The translations under genes and the position numbers were made by a program. A stretch of DNA of 64,000 nucleotides from a virus, in IMG/VR virus record IMGVR_UViG_3300042399_001709, positions 1 to 64,000 of that record; one strand, given 5' to 3'. This document shows positions 47,706 through 57,107 of this stretch, piece after piece. Positions within the stretch are counted from its first letter, which is position 1. The number at the start of each line of letters is the position of its first letter. Under the pieces are notes generated by a model that saw only the letters and a list, made by a program, of their open reading frames with translations, made no database searches and was not told the DNA's origin.

Positions 47706-47714
47706 TGGTATACT
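47706..47714 (+). promoter_or_regulatory. Extended -10 promoter (probably leaderless) for the terminase genes
   Basis: TGG-TATACT, 6 nt, then ATG at 47721; no SD. Confidence 0.65.
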
Positions 47715-47720
47715 ACAACT

Positions 47721-48245
47721 ATGGCAAAGCGTGGGCGCGTTGGCGCTGAACAACTGGGCGTACTTCGAGAAAAGATTAAAGGCCTGCACCTGCAGGGGGT
47801 TCCGATGCCGGAAATCGCCACTGCCGTAGACCTTTCGCCCGAAACTGTCCGGAAACATATCTATGCTATCAGAAAACAATGGTCTGAGGAAGGTCCGGAC
47901 GCTGCTTCTAGCCGGATTGAGCTAATCCAGCGGGCAAACCTTATTGGCAAAATGGCCGCCGGAGGAGCCGCCCGCGCCCGTGGCTCAAAGGAGGAGGCAA
48001 CTTTCCTTAAGCTGCAGCTTGAAGTGGTTGATCGACTTGCCAAACTTACGGGTGCCTATGCCCCAGAAACATCTTCCAGGCCAGGGCAGACAAACGTGGC
48101 CATTCAGATCAACACCGTTCACGAGATTGACAACCTTCCCCCAGCAGAGCTTGCAAAAAGGCTGCAAATGTGGGCAAGCGAAGTTACGGACAGCCTCAAG
48201 ATAATTGAAGGGACGGCCACAGAAGATGACAGCGACGGTCAATAA
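47721..48245 (+). CDS. Terminase small subunit (N-terminal HTH)
   Basis: HTH GVPMPEIATAVDLSPETVRKHI; overlaps TerL. Confidence 0.75.
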   Translation: MAKRGRVGAEQLGVLREKIKGLHLQGVPMPEIATAVDLSPETVRKHIYAIRKQWSEEGPDAASSRIELIQRANLIGKMAAGGAARARGSKEEATFLKLQLEVVDRLAKLTGAYAPETSSRPGQTNVAIQINTVHEIDNLPPAELAKRLQMWASEVTDSLKIIEGTATEDDSDGQ

Positions 48246-49647
48246 CAACTACCGGGAGTGGCTTAGGGTCAAAGCCCAAACTTCCGACGCTGCCTTTGCT
48301 GAGTATGTTAGCGGGCTGGTCTTTCCAAGGCATCTGCGCGAGATGGAGCAGTTTCTTGACGAGAACGAGCGCGGACTGGTGCTCATGCCCCGTGGCCACG
48401 CTAAGACTACGCAGTTGATTCATCGCGCCGCCCGCATGGTTGGCGTAACAAAGGGCAAGGTGCGCATTGGCGTTCTTACCGCAGTCATGTCTGACGCCCT
48501 GGCACGATCTAGGGCAATTAAGGTCATCATTGAGTCCCCGTACTTTGCCGAAGTTTTTCCCTGGGCGCAAGAAGGCGTTATTGGCTCCAAGTGGACCGAC
48601 GAAGTGTGGACAGTGAAGGGGGCAAACCTGGGCAAGGACTCAACGTGCTTTGCCGACGGACTTGGCTCTATTAAGCCCGGAGCTCGACTTGACATTCTTT
48701 TTGCGGACGACATGGTGGGCATGAAGGAAAACGCTACTGCTGTTCAGCGCCAGAAGGCAAGTGAAACGTATTGGCAGGTTGTCGACCCCATGCTTGTGCC
48801 CAAGGCAAAGCGTTGGTACATCGGCACGCGCTGGCACGAAGATGACTTTTACGCCGAGCTTATTAAGAAGAACGTGCCGCACTATCAGCGACGAGCGCTC
48901 GAGGAAGACGCTGTTCTCTGGCCGGAAATGTACACCGTTGCCGACATGGAGCAAAAGAAGATGGAGCTTGGCACGCCAATCTTTATGTTGCAGTTCCAAA
49001 ACGATGTTACCTCAATGGGCGGCAACATCTTTAGGTATGAAAACTTTCAGCGTGTCGACAAGGTCCCAGAAGGATCACGCCGCCTAGGCGTAGACCTTGC
49101 ATCCTCAGCCTCCCAGAGAAGCGACTACACCGCTGCTGTGGAGATTGTGGTAGACGACCAGCACAACATTTACATCATCGGCAGCTGGAAGTCTCGGTTG
49201 CAGGAAGGGCACAGGGCTTGGTTGACCGGCATTGACGGCCAGGGAAACCTTGACTACGACTCTGGGCCCCGCGCACTATGGCCACAACGACTCGTTGGCC
49301 TCAAGGGGCTTGACCCGGAGCTCGACGATGCTCGCTTCTTTGAGTCGGTCAACATTGAGGCCGTTCAACATCAGAGTACGTTCGTTCGAGAGATCTTGTC
49401 CACCACAACCCTGCCGGCAAGGCCGATTCGCCCGGACCGAGATAAGGTCACGCGCTCCAGGGCTCTTGCGGCAAGGTATGAGGCCGGTAAGGTCTTCCAC
49501 GTAAACAACGCCCCTGGCATTGATGACCTTGAGATGCAGCTGCTTGCATTCCCAAACGGGTCACACGACGACGTTGTTGATGCGCTAGTGTACGCAGCCG
49601 ATCTTGGCGGAGACGGCTTTTACTTCACTGCAGCTAAGCGCTACTAG
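48226..49647 (+). CDS. Terminase large subunit
   Basis: MPRGHAKT Walker A, LFADD, IGTRWHEDD, GVDLA, SDYTA, FPNGSHDDVVDA. Confidence 0.95.
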   Translation: MTATVNNNYREWLRVKAQTSDAAFAEYVSGLVFPRHLREMEQFLDENERGLVLMPRGHAKTTQLIHRAARMVGVTKGKVRIGVLTAVMSDALARSRAIKVIIESPYFAEVFPWAQEGVIGSKWTDEVWTVKGANLGKDSTCFADGLGSIKPGARLDILFADDMVGMKENATAVQRQKASETYWQVVDPMLVPKAKRWYIGTRWHEDDFYAELIKKNVPHYQRRALEEDAVLWPEMYTVADMEQKKMELGTPIFMLQFQNDVTSMGGNIFRYENFQRVDKVPEGSRRLGVDLASSASQRSDYTAAVEIVVDDQHNIYIIGSWKSRLQEGHRAWLTGIDGQGNLDYDSGPRALWPQRLVGLKGLDPELDDARFFESVNIEAVQHQSTFVREILSTTTLPARPIRPDRDKVTRSRALAARYEAGKVFHVNNAPGIDDLEMQLLAFPNGSHDDVVDALVYAADLGGDGFYFTAAKRY

Positions 49648-50606
49648 CACATCCACCAATCATCCGTGCAAAGATCCGGGGCAAACTCATCCCCTGAGAA
49701 CATTTGCAGCAAAGCCTTGGTGGTCTTGAGCCTCTGGGCAATGGTCATGCTGCTAGAAGTCGCCTCCATCACCATATTCAATGCCTCTTCGGTAGTGACA
49801 CCGTTTTCTGCTGCGTAGGCTGCAATTGCCCCCGACACATACGGAGCTGAGAACGACGTTCCGCTTACCAACCTCTCGTCGGTTGGGCCCATGGCCAATA
49901 CGTTGGCGCCCGGGGCATACAGCCAGACGCAATCTCCGTAGTTTGACTTAGTCCACGGAAGATCCAGCCACGTGCTTGCGGCTACCGCAACCATCAGTCC
50001 GTCGCCACAGCCCATTCGGGATGGTGAATACTTAGCAGCGTTTGCTCCATAGTTGCCGGCGGCAATGATTACTGGAATCCCAAGGTCGCTAATGGCCTCT
50101 ACGGCCTTGTCTACTGCCTTGTCAGCCTTTCCGCCAAAACTAATATTTACAACAGAGGTGTCTGGGCTTGCATTAGTTGCAATCCACTTAAGTCCAGCCA
50201 GGATTGCCGCCCTCGTGCCACCTCCACTGCAATTAAGCACACGCACGGGAACAATGGTTGCAGCCTCGGCTACGCCATAGCCGGCTCCGGCAATAAGAGA
50301 CGCCACAGAAGTTCCGTGGCCCTTAGCGCAATCAAGGGTGTTCTTGCCAAAGCTATGAAAGCCAGGGGCAAGGTTTTCAATAAGCCCGTTGTCGGCAATA
50401 CCAGTATCTACAACGTATACCGTGATTCCAGCACCCTTACCGGCACCGCTCCAGACAAAACCGTCACGAACGTAGCCGCCACGCCAAAAATTATCTGGCT
50501 CAAGGATGCGGTCTCGGGCCCAGTCGTCTTCTGCTTGCGCAAAATACTCTGGGGCCGGAGAGCAGGGGACAATAATGAGCGCTAGCGCAATAATGAAGTT
50601 AAGCAT
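49644..50606 (-). CDS. Subtilisin-like S8 serine protease with signal peptide
   Basis: VVDTGI (Asp), GHGT (His), AAGN, SGTSFSAP (Ser). Confidence 0.92.
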   Translation of the reverse strand: MLNFIIALALIIVPCSPAPEYFAQAEDDWARDRILEPDNFWRGGYVRDGFVWSGAGKGAGITVYVVDTGIADNGLIENLAPGFHSFGKNTLDCAKGHGTSVASLIAGAGYGVAEAATIVPVRVLNCSGGGTRAAILAGLKWIATNASPDTSVVNISFGGKADKAVDKAVEAISDLGIPVIIAAGNYGANAAKYSPSRMGCGDGLMVAVAASTWLDLPWTKSNYGDCVWLYAPGANVLAMGPTDERLVSGTSFSAPYVSGAIAAYAAENGVTTEEALNMVMEATSSSMTIAQRLKTTKALLQMFSGDEFAPDLCTDDWWMC

Positions 50607-50609
50607 TGG

Positions 50610-50930
50610 TTACGCCTCGATCTGTTCGGCGTTTTCCCCTAAGCTTGCATACACCGGCATGCCCGGCTGAAAGTACGCACCTTCAACATTAAACGAGATG
50701 TACTCGTCAGCCTCAAGATACGGGTCAGAGTCTTCTGCCTGATCCTGATCGATGCTCTGCTCCTGCTCAATAATCTCTTGAGCCATCTTCTTGACCATCT
50801 TATCTCGGTCATAAATTGCTACCGTAAGCTGTCCGTCAGATCCATGAAAGATGTTTCCGTGTCCAATAAGGCAATCGTCCCATCCGTCGGCGTACAAAAC
50901 GCCTTCGATCTTTTCAGTTACTGAGGCCAT
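50610..50930 (-). CDS. Phage hypothetical protein
   Basis: LYADGWDDCLIG...IYDRDKM...EADEYISFNVEGAY; lies in the operon. Confidence 0.7.
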   Translation of the reverse strand: MASVTEKIEGVLYADGWDDCLIGHGNIFHGSDGQLTVAIYDRDKMVKKMAQEIIEQEQSIDQDQAEDSDPYLEADEYISFNVEGAYFQPGMPVYASLGENAEQIEA

Positions 50931-50932
50931 TT

Positions 50933-51295
50933 TCAACTCCTAAATACAAAGACCTGCCTTTTCTTGCAGGAAATACAGTACGTTGAAGCATGTAGCTCTG
51001 ACAACGTATTGGACCTGACTGAATCCTTAGCCTCAATCCTGCCACAGCGGGAACAAATCCATCCCCCGCTGATCGTTTTCTTATCTACAACAACGAGCTT
51101 GTACTGCCAAGACTTGCGCTTTGGGTCTACGTTCTGCTGGTGATCAATAACATGACCAGCAGTCCTGAGCTCTGCAATCAGAGCACCAAATCGCTCCCCC
51201 TCAGGAAGCTCGTTCTGAACCAGCTTGGCATCAACCCAGCTGTTTTGATAGCGCTGCAAAATGGCCAGAACTGCTTTCGCGTTCTTGCTAATCAC
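50933..51295 (-). CDS. Winged-HTH plus zinc-ribbon protein
   Basis: GALIAELRTAGHVI; CSRC/CISC. Confidence 0.65.
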   Translation of the reverse strand: MISKNAKAVLAILQRYQNSWVDAKLVQNELPEGERFGALIAELRTAGHVIDHQQNVDPKRKSWQYKLVVVDKKTISGGWICSRCGRIEAKDSVRSNTLSELHASTYCISCKKRQVFVFRS

Positions 51296-51624
51296 TTTGC
51301 ACGAACCATCTTATTAATAAAGGTGTGGTTCGCCCAAGCGTATACAAAAAGCTGAAGGTCCTCCACATCACTGCCGTTGTAGGTCGTTGCAACGCGGTCG
51401 TTTGGGACGTGCATTGACACGTGGGCTCGAATCTTCTGCGTCTTGCGATCCCTGGCGATAAAGCAAAACCCTTCGTAGTCGGCGTCCTTGCCGCCAAGAA
51501 CCGGCGCAAGCTTCTTGGAAACCGTAGTCAAGTACTCTGCCAGCTCGTCGGAAAGGTCAAGCATGATTGCGCGCTCGGCCAAGGGGCTAGGAGTACTCTT
51601 TGGCTTTGGCATCTTGCTGCTCAT
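51292..51624 (-). CDS. Hypothetical protein
   Basis: Coupled overlaps with neighbours. Confidence 0.6.
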   Translation of the reverse strand: MSSKMPKPKSTPSPLAERAIMLDLSDELAEYLTTVSKKLAPVLGGKDADYEGFCFIARDRKTQKIRAHVSMHVPNDRVATTYNGSDVEDLQLFVYAWANHTFINKMVRAK

Positions 51625-51800
51625 TCGGCACCCCCTACCAGCTTATTGACCAATTGTTCCGCATGCTCTGCGGCAGTATCCGTCTGATTTGAAAGGCCTT
51701 GGCCGAGCACAACTCGTTGCACCCGGTCAATTACTGCCCAGAATACCACGCTATGCTCTCGGTCGTTTTCTAGGACGATCCAGAGGTCATCCCTATTCAC
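51621..51800 (-). CDS. Hypothetical protein
   Basis: GTG start after GGAGG; ATGA overlap downstream. Confidence 0.55.
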   Translation of the reverse strand: MNRDDLWIVLENDREHSVVFWAVIDRVQRVVLGQGLSNQTDTAAEHAEQLVNKLVGGAE

Positions 51801-52245
51801 CTTTGGCCTCCTGCTTTGGCGGGTATTGGGTAAACTCAACAAGTGGGCAGCCGCTGTCCCAGCAGAATCCGCCCTCTTCAATTGTTGCTCCGGCGCAGTT
51901 TAGGCACATCATATCTACAGCCTTTTGCATCCTGGTGACCATCTTGCTTTCTGCAAGAACGACACGCTTTGCTCTCGTTGGGCTTTCGGTAATTGCTAAC
52001 TTCTGCAGAAGCTCACTGCTATCTTTGCCGCTCTTTAGGCAATAGAAGTCAACAAACCTGGAAATGAACTGAGGCACAATCCTGCGGTGCCCGTAGACGT
52101 AAGCTGCGATTGTCCGGTGACTGTACCCGCCCATCTCTTCAGCTAGCTTCTTGGCCGCTTCGCCTCGATTAAAGCCCGGGTACATCTTTTCAAGTTCGTC
52201 TTCGAGCTGACGGTACGTCATCACCACAGACTCGCGCAACGACAC
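51793..52245 (-). CDS. HTH protein with C-terminal Cys cluster
   Basis: KKLAEEMGGYSHRTIAAYVYG; CLNC...CW..GCPL. Confidence 0.65.
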   Translation of the reverse strand: MSLRESVVMTYRQLEDELEKMYPGFNRGEAAKKLAEEMGGYSHRTIAAYVYGHRRIVPQFISRFVDFYCLKSGKDSSELLQKLAITESPTRAKRVVLAESKMVTRMQKAVDMMCLNCAGATIEEGGFCWDSGCPLVEFTQYPPKQEAKGE

Positions 52246-52634
52246 TAACGGTCCTCCGCAAGCAAGCTTTCTTCAAGTGGCCTGCCCCAGAGCCCGCGCC
52301 GGAGCGCAACGGCAATCAAGGCGTAGTTTGCAATGTCGAGCAGGGTATCCTCAAGCGACTCCTCGGTGCTGTAGTCCATGTCGCTAAGAACAACCTTCCC
52401 GTCAATCACCCTGCCATTCATAAACTTCAGGGCGCGAGAAACCTTGTCGAAGGAGATGCGGCCAATCACGCCGTACAGCCCCAGGTGCTGAATGTTTGCG
52501 TCTCCGTACCGGCGCTGCTTCTCAACCAAGAGAGAGAACGCCTCTGAGTAGATCCTTTGAAACTCGGACTCAAACGATCCCTCTACAAAAAGATCTGGGA
52601 TTGCGGTGAGCTGGTGGTCCTTTGTGTCGCTCAA
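52245..52634 (-). CDS. Nucleotide modification-associated domain 1 (DUF1599-like) protein
   Basis: KQRRYG..NI...G...R..DK..R...ESLEDTLLDIANYA. Confidence 0.78.
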   Translation of the reverse strand: MSDTKDHQLTAIPDLFVEGSFESEFQRIYSEAFSLLVEKQRRYGDANIQHLGLYGVIGRISFDKVSRALKFMNGRVIDGKVVLSDMDYSTEESLEDTLLDIANYALIAVALRRGLWGRPLEESLLAEDR

Positions 52635-52635
52635 G

Positions 52636-53511
52636 TTACCTCCTTGCGTTTAGTGCTCGCTTGATTCCAGTCTCAAGATCGACTTTCGGTGTGTATACCT
52701 TTAGCATAGAGGAAATGTCTGCTACGCGCCAGTTTACGCCCTCTGGCTTGTCTGTTAGAAACTGAAACTTCGGGAAGTACCCTTCCGCCTTGGCAACCAT
52801 TTCTCCCAGCTCGCGGAAGCTTGTACCGTGTCCGGTGCCAATGTTGAGCGGCCCACGGTAGTCTTGCTTCACTGCCGCGTCAACGCAGCCAACGACATCG
52901 CTAATGTGCACAAAGTCCCTGGTCTGGGTTCCGTCGCCCCAAATAACAAATGGGTTTTCTCGATTACGTCCCCGCTCGATGAACGATGGGAACGGATAGT
53001 CTAGGGCCTGGTCTTCTCCGTACCCGGAGAATGGGCGGAACACGTGCGTGCGCACACCCTCTGCCTCGGCAAATTGCGCAAGGTACTCTCCCGTAAGCTT
53101 TGACCAGCCGTAGGTAAGGTCTGGGTTGCGGATATTACTAAGGTTAATGTCTGCCTCTGTAAGCTTCTTGTGTGACTGCTTGGTCTGCAGCTCGATTGGA
53201 TATGCTGCCGAAGAAGAGAAGTAAACGACTCTTGGTTGCCTGGTGCGGATAGCCCACTGCCACATTTCCGCGTCGATAGAGAGGTCAACGGCCACAGAGA
53301 GGGGGTTCCCTTCAATCTTTGCCCGGCCACCGACTACGGCCGCTAAATGAATTACCAGGTCAAACTTCGTGTGATTTGCCAGGGAGAAGAATTTACGCAC
53401 GTCCATTGAGTCAACGATGTCAACGCCAAGAATCGTGTGCCCCTGGCTTTCGTAAAACTTCTGAAAGTGCCGACCGACAAACCCTCGGTGCCCAGTAATT
53501 AAAATGTTCAC
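52636..53511 (-). CDS. NAD-dependent nucleotide-sugar epimerase/dehydratase
   Basis: ITGHRGFVG, HLAA, SSSAAY, YGWSK, RPFSGYG, GDGTQTRDFVHISD. Confidence 0.93.
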   Translation of the reverse strand: MNILITGHRGFVGRHFQKFYESQGHTILGVDIVDSMDVRKFFSLANHTKFDLVIHLAAVVGGRAKIEGNPLSVAVDLSIDAEMWQWAIRTRQPRVVYFSSSAAYPIELQTKQSHKKLTEADINLSNIRNPDLTYGWSKLTGEYLAQFAEAEGVRTHVFRPFSGYGEDQALDYPFPSFIERGRNRENPFVIWGDGTQTRDFVHISDVVGCVDAAVKQDYRGPLNIGTGHGTSFRELGEMVAKAEGYFPKFQFLTDKPEGVNWRVADISSMLKVYTPKVDLETGIKRALNARR

Positions 53512-54260
53512 TAGTAAGCCTCCAGTAGCTCAAGGTCATATTCAAACTTGCCAATTCCGCCATTCTTAACGGACAGGCTTTCATCTTCCCAGATGACAAA
53601 ATAATCGTTCTCGTCTAGCGCTGCGCCGACGTGATTTGCAGGATTCTCAAGTTCAACTGGGAACTTCTTGGTAACGCTTGGCGCTGTTACCTTTGTGCCA
53701 AAAAAGCTGTCGTGAATCATGCAGCTTTTCTCCACCCTTACCCAAACCCTCCGTGACAAAAACTTTTGGTCGGATAGGTATGGGTCTCTGTCGGTTTCCT
53801 CCTGCATAAACATGCCCATCATTGTGGCAAGATTTCGAAGCTTATCTGCGTAGCCGCCCCACATCCCTGCGCTCATCGGCCATTTCTTGTGACCAATCTC
53901 GTGATCTTTCATTACATGGAAGTCTAGGCCGCTATCAAGCCATTCTTCGTAGGCTCGGCGCTCTCGGACGGTCAGGCGCGCATCAATATCCCTAATCAGT
54001 ACAACATCGACTTCTCGGTCGGAAAACGCAAGAAATCTCCAGGCATTCGCAAACCATTGGTTTCCGGCTGGTGCAATCTTAATTTCCACATTGGAAAACT
54101 TCTTTAACTCTTCTACGGCCCATGCGGGAACTCCGTGCGCGATATAGATGCGCATTACAAAGTCCGGGTAAATCTTTTTTGCCAGGATTGCGTTAATAAA
54201 CGCTCCGACAATGTATCGCCTGTTGTTTCCGTAGAGAACAAAGGAGAGAACGTTTTTCAC
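53511..54260 (-). CDS. Putative glycosyltransferase (GT-A-like)
   Basis: SF.LYG...Y..G, WRFL, RDID, HVMKDH, AGMWG, DQ.FL. Confidence 0.7.
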   Translation of the reverse strand: MKNVLSFVLYGNNRRYIVGAFINAILAKKIYPDFVMRIYIAHGVPAWAVEELKKFSNVEIKIAPAGNQWFANAWRFLAFSDREVDVVLIRDIDARLTVRERRAYEEWLDSGLDFHVMKDHEIGHKKWPMSAGMWGGYADKLRNLATMMGMFMQEETDRDPYLSDQKFLSRRVWVRVEKSCMIHDSFFGTKVTAPSVTKKFPVELENPANHVGAALDENDYFVIWEDESLSVKNGGIGKFEYDLELLEAY

Positions 54261-54913
54261 TTGTTAAGGATTTTTTGGAGATCATGAGCAAACCGATCTC
54301 GAAGATATCGGTCAAAGGCAACTACGTCCTTGGTATAAATCTCTGGGCTATTGACCTCGATATACCCGGCATCATTCTGTGACTTCCCAGCCAGTGGGTG
54401 CAGGTGCTCAATGATGACGTCGCTACGGTAAATGAGGTGGCCAAGATCCTGTCCAAGCGCCTTCCAAAAATTATCCATGTACATATGGATAAGCTCCGGC
54501 GGCGCCATGTACCCAATAGCCCGAACGATTGATGCCGACATCATTACGGCGGTAGGAAGATTCTGACCCTGGAAAAGGTCGTTTCCGTATGCCACGCCGT
54601 CCCGGTCGCCAATTTCTTTTGCAAGCTCTGTGTCCCAGCCCTTGGTCATGGGCCGGTGATCGTCGCCCATAAATGCAAGGTACTCATAGTCGTTGGCATG
54701 CTTGACGGCAAGAAGGTTCAGCGTTCCGCACATTCGCAGGCGCGGGTTCACAGACGCAAGGGCCATCACCTCGTCCGAGTACGGGGAGAAGTCGTCCTCG
54801 TCAATTCCGAACAAGATGTCGCAATCTTCAGACGTTTCACGAAATTGCTTTAGCAAAGCGTCGCACGATGCTGGCCGGTGCCTGGTCGGCACGATCAAGA
54901 GTGTCTTAGCCAT
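54257..54913 (-). CDS. GT2-like glycosyltransferase
   Basis: IVPTRHRP, FMGDD, HMYMDN, IEHLH. Confidence 0.82.
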   Translation of the reverse strand: MAKTLLIVPTRHRPASCDALLKQFRETSEDCDILFGIDEDDFSPYSDEVMALASVNPRLRMCGTLNLLAVKHANDYEYLAFMGDDHRPMTKGWDTELAKEIGDRDGVAYGNDLFQGQNLPTAVMMSASIVRAIGYMAPPELIHMYMDNFWKALGQDLGHLIYRSDVIIEHLHPLAGKSQNDAGYIEVNSPEIYTKDVVAFDRYLRDRFAHDLQKILNK

Positions 54914-55127
54914 TTTTCACCGCCGATTTCATGGTAATAAGCCACTGGGCCTCTTCTTCATTGAGTCTCACAAAATCCTCCGCTTGAATGTTTTCTGGAA
55001 AATGCACCGCGTATGGGTCGGTGTCGTTTGTCCACCTTGGAGAGTACGCCAAGGCAATGTTAAACGACGAAGACCATAGATACCAAATTGCCGCAACTTT
55101 AGGGCTTGGTGGCGGTGTTTTGCTCAT
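54906..55127 (-). CDS. Hypothetical protein, first gene of the glyco operon (leaderless)
   Basis: ATG at 55127, 6 nt after TGT-TATAGT. Confidence 0.55.
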   Translation of the reverse strand: MSKTPPPSPKVAAIWYLWSSSFNIALAYSPRWTNDTDPYAVHFPENIQAEDFVRLNEEEAQWLITMKSAVKNG

Positions 55128-55133
55128 GGCAGG

Positions 55134-55142
55134 ACTATAACA
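55134..55142 (-). promoter_or_regulatory. Extended -10 promoter
   Basis: TGT-TATAGT, with GTGAAA 17 nt upstream. Confidence 0.6.
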
Positions 55143-55258
55143 CACCATGAGTAGATTTTCACAGGATTGCGCTTGTAACCAAGTCGCCACTATCTTGTGT
55201 TACTGCCCCTTTATCCGGGGAGTGGCGCCCCCTGGGCGCCTGGAAGAAAGGAGGCATT

Positions 55259-55483
55259 ATGGCAGGCAAAACGAACACAAAGCTTACGCTTAAGGCAACC
55301 CCAAAGCCGGCGCACCTGACTGGCATAGCTTGCTATACATGTTCCAATAACATTATGTCAAATGAGATAAGCACCTGGAAGCACATCTGGTTCCCAGAAG
55401 GCGCAGCTAGGCGCTCAGTATTTCGACAGTATCACAAGAAGTGTGGCCCAACAATTTCCGCAGACGCAGGTAAAAAGAAATGA
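55259..55483 (+). CDS. Hypothetical protein (CxxC...HxxC)
   Basis: AAGGAGG RBS. Confidence 0.7.
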   Translation: MAGKTNTKLTLKATPKPAHLTGIACYTCSNNIMSNEISTWKHIWFPEGAARRSVFRQYHKKCGPTISADAGKKK

Positions 55484-55653
55484 TCGACCTGCTCGCCCCG
55501 TTCCCCGAAGATGAGAACACTGAGGAAGAGTGCGGTGATTTATGCGGGGCTGCGCTTGCTGAGCGGGTATGTGACGCATGCGATGAAACATTCGTTGCAT
55601 GCTATGACCACGAAACCTATGTGATGCTTTGCGAGATCTGTCGTGAAGTCTAG
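55480..55653 (+). CDS. 57-aa zinc-finger protein (absent from the ORF track)
   Basis: ATGA overlap; CGDLC...ERVCDACDETFVACYDHETYVMLCEIC. Confidence 0.65.
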   Translation: MIDLLAPFPEDENTEEECGDLCGAALAERVCDACDETFVACYDHETYVMLCEICREV

Positions 55654-56101
55654 AAAAAAGGATCGCAATGAAGAAATCGCACGTCTGTTCCTGGATGGCT
55701 ACACGGCCAACGAAATCGGAAGGATGCATGGCATCAGCAAGCAGCGCGTCTCTTTTATCCTCCACAAGCTTGGCATCAGGGCTGAAGAGTCGTTTACAAC
55801 AGTTACCCTTCCTGACCCCTACGTTGTTGCGTTGGATTTCGGGGATATTGCCAGTAGGGTGATGCTTGATTGGTCTGCCGCAAAAATATTGCCAAAGTTT
55901 GATTGCGTCATAACCTCAACCCCGGACACTGCTCATGTTGACTTGCGCCAATTTAGCAATCGAGAACACGTCTTGGCCTATGTTCCAAAGCTAGAAGGGG
56001 CAGAAATTCCAGGTAGGGAGATCCGTTCTAACTGGTTGATGTACGCCTACCCGCTTGAGGAGTCCCGGTTTAGTCCCTTTTCGCAGGCGGAACGTACTTA
56101 A
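55643..56101 (+). CDS. Sigma-4-like HTH protein
   Basis: RNEEIARLFLDGYTANEIGRMHGISKQRVSFIL. Confidence 0.75.
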   Translation: MKSRKKDRNEEIARLFLDGYTANEIGRMHGISKQRVSFILHKLGIRAEESFTTVTLPDPYVVALDFGDIASRVMLDWSAAKILPKFDCVITSTPDTAHVDLRQFSNREHVLAYVPKLEGAEIPGREIRSNWLMYAYPLEESRFSPFSQAERT

Positions 56102-56882
56102 GCTTACTGACGGCAGCAGCATCAAACCGGTAGTCCAAAAATCCAGCGTGTCCGGTCCTGGCGTCAATCTTTGCCTTGACCTCGACCCCTGACTTTTTTG
56201 CCAGCCTGCAAAATGATACGTCTTCACCGGCGTATTGCGTGCACTTCACCCCATCAATGACAATCTGCTGATGCTCGTAGCGGAAAAATTGATGAATAGC
56301 CCTTTTGTCAAATTCAACCTTGTCTTCAGGGTTTGCTGCGATGATCTTCATAAGCGAAGCTCGTGATGCAAGCATTGCACCGGTGCCAATCCAGTCGACA
56401 GTCGCAAGCCCGTAGTCATCGGTGTGCATAATTCCGCTTTCTGGGATAGAGAAGTTTGCGTCAGACAAAATTGCCGGAATGTCTTTTGGGGCAAAGTCTG
56501 GGTTGTTTCGAACAGTTTCGGCAATCCGGTCCCATTTTGCAAACTTTTTGCAGCAAGGAAAGCCAACAATTGTGTTTTCAAGGTGCGGTAAGCACGCCAA
56601 CACATCGCCTGGCTCGTAGTTAATGTCAGAGTCAACCATGAAGATCCAGTCTGCATCTGTCTCTAGGAAGCGATCCACAAGATAGTTTCTTGCCGAGGGA
56701 AGAATCGAGTTGCCGGTAAGGAAGTCAACCTTGCAGTTGATCTTTTGCTGGAAAAGCGCAGACTTTAGATTGTCGTATGAGTGCATGTACTCCGACGAGA
56801 CTCGGCCATCTAGCGTTGGCGTCGAGACCCAAAGCTTTGGGAACCTCTTTGTCGGCGCTGATTGAATCCTTGGCTCTGGCAT
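56070..56882 (-). CDS. Putative glycosyltransferase (GT-A), paralog A
   Basis: ARNYLV..FL...DWIFMVDSDI, GTGAML, GEDVSFC. Confidence 0.78.
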   Translation of the reverse strand: MPEPRIQSAPTKRFPKLWVSTPTLDGRVSSEYMHSYDNLKSALFQQKINCKVDFLTGNSILPSARNYLVDRFLETDADWIFMVDSDINYEPGDVLACLPHLENTIVGFPCCKKFAKWDRIAETVRNNPDFAPKDIPAILSDANFSIPESGIMHTDDYGLATVDWIGTGAMLASRASLMKIIAANPEDKVEFDKRAIHQFFRYEHQQIVIDGVKCTQYAGEDVSFCRLAKKSGVEVKAKIDARTGHAGFLDYRFDAAAVSKLKYVPPAKRD

Positions 56883-57106
56883 TAGTTGGCCTTGCGCTTT
56901 GCGCCAATAGGTTCAGGCATCTTTCGCTTGTTCTCCTCTTCGTGCCACTTTGTATGCTCGCGCTGCAGGTTGATAAAGACGCCAATAGCTTCCCCCCACG
57001 CCCTGCGCTCGCCCTCCGCGACTTTCATTGCCATTCCCCCGGCAAGCAAAAGCGCGCTGATCAAAAACCCAACAACAAATCCAAGAAGCAATGCCGCAAA
57101 GTCCAT
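56882..57106 (-). CDS. Small membrane protein
   Basis: N-terminal hydrophobic helix; GAAGGAG RBS. Confidence 0.6.
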   Translation of the reverse strand: MDFAALLLGFVVGFLISALLLAGGMAMKVAEGERRAWGEAIGVFINLQREHTKWHEEENKRKMPEPIGAKRKAN

Positions 57107-57107
57107 G

